NCBI GenBank assembly: GCA_051532055.1
Contig: JAOPTX010000007.1
Coordinates: 200,440-264,439, forward strand
DNA: 64,000 nt
Direction of reading: 5' to 3'
Source: Fibrobacterales bacterium
GTDB lineage: Bacteria; Fibrobacterota; Fibrobacteria; Fibrobacterales; JAOPTW01
Shown piece by piece: positions 63,560 through 64,000 of this stretch. The position numbers were made by a program, and so were the translations under genes. Positions within the stretch are counted from its first letter, which is position 1, and every line of letters begins with the position of its first letter. The notes under the pieces were generated by a model. It did no database searches, had not been told where the DNA came from, and was given only the letters and a program-made list of their open reading frames with translations.

Positions 63560-64000
63560 TTATACTCTACGTTTCTTCTTTGGTCTACAACCATTGTGTG
63601 GTACACCAGTCAAGTCTCTTATATTAAGTACTTCGAGACCTGCATTTTGTATAGCACGGATAGCTGATTCTCTTCCAGCACCTACACCACGAACTTTAAC
63701 TTCTACTTTTCTCATTCCGAGATCAAAAGCTGTTTTAGCGGCTTCTTCTCCTGCAAGCTGTGCAGCAAAAGGTGTGCTTTTTCTTGAACCTTTAAAGCCA
63801 ACTTTACCACCAGCACTCCAGGATACAACGTTACCGCGTATATCTGTAATACTGACAATTGTGTTGTTAAAGGTAGCGCGAACAGTAGCAAGACCTTGTA
63901 CGTCTGCTCTTTTCTTACCTTTTTTTACTTTGATCTTATCTTCAACTGGAGCAGCAGTTTCTTCAACTTCTACTGCATCTACTGCTTCTACGTTATCTGC
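63560..64000 (-). CDS. rpsK: 30S ribosomal protein S11, 5'-truncated (not in the ORF track)
   Basis: Manual translation: ...[46 protein letters not shown]. Confidence 0.95.
   Translation of the reverse strand, partial: ADNVEAVDAVEVEETAAPVEDKIKVKKGKKRADVQGLATVRATFNNTIVSITDIRGNVVSWSAGGKVGFKGSRKSTPFAAQLAGEEAAKTAFDLGMRKVEVKVRGVGAGRESAIRAIQNAGLEVLNIRDLTGVPHNGCRPKKKRRV

Overview
AT-rich bacterial chromosomal window, mostly housekeeping genes. A TIGR02147-type gene, a bat/MoxR cluster and several Bacteroidetes-like genes suggest the FCB group, probably Fibrobacterota (inference). In order it holds: a 5'-truncated outer-membrane barrel and two sensor kinases; an Omp85-barrel/J-domain/galE unit; asnS; two TlpA redoxins; RluA; a eukaryote-type UDP-sugar pyrophosphorylase; hemA; a TPP-riboswitch-led thiS-thiC-thiE'-thiD-thiE-thiG-thiH operon; tRNA-Arg(CCG); flgM; an inositol monophosphatase; a hybrid kinase lacking its phospho-His; a DAACS symporter; a Ca-motif lipoprotein/beta-barrel pair; rpe; a CBM48 protein; a 5.4-kb block (O-antigen ligase-like gene, large lipoprotein, TIGR02147-like gene) between two identical 35-bp terminator palindromes; lysA; a Cys-rich putative flavoenzyme; an HDOD protein; an extended MoxR/bat operon; recR-engB-mlaEFD; uvrC; and rpsK-rpoA-rplQ. 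I saw no CRISPR array, integrase, transposase or rRNA. The strongest oddities are the terminator-flanked block, the plant/protist-like USP, two covarying ERIC-like elements sitting on gene 3' ends, an unannotated 48-aa HTH-like ORF, and the H-to-Q hybrid kinase. All family calls come from motif recognition; no database searches were run.
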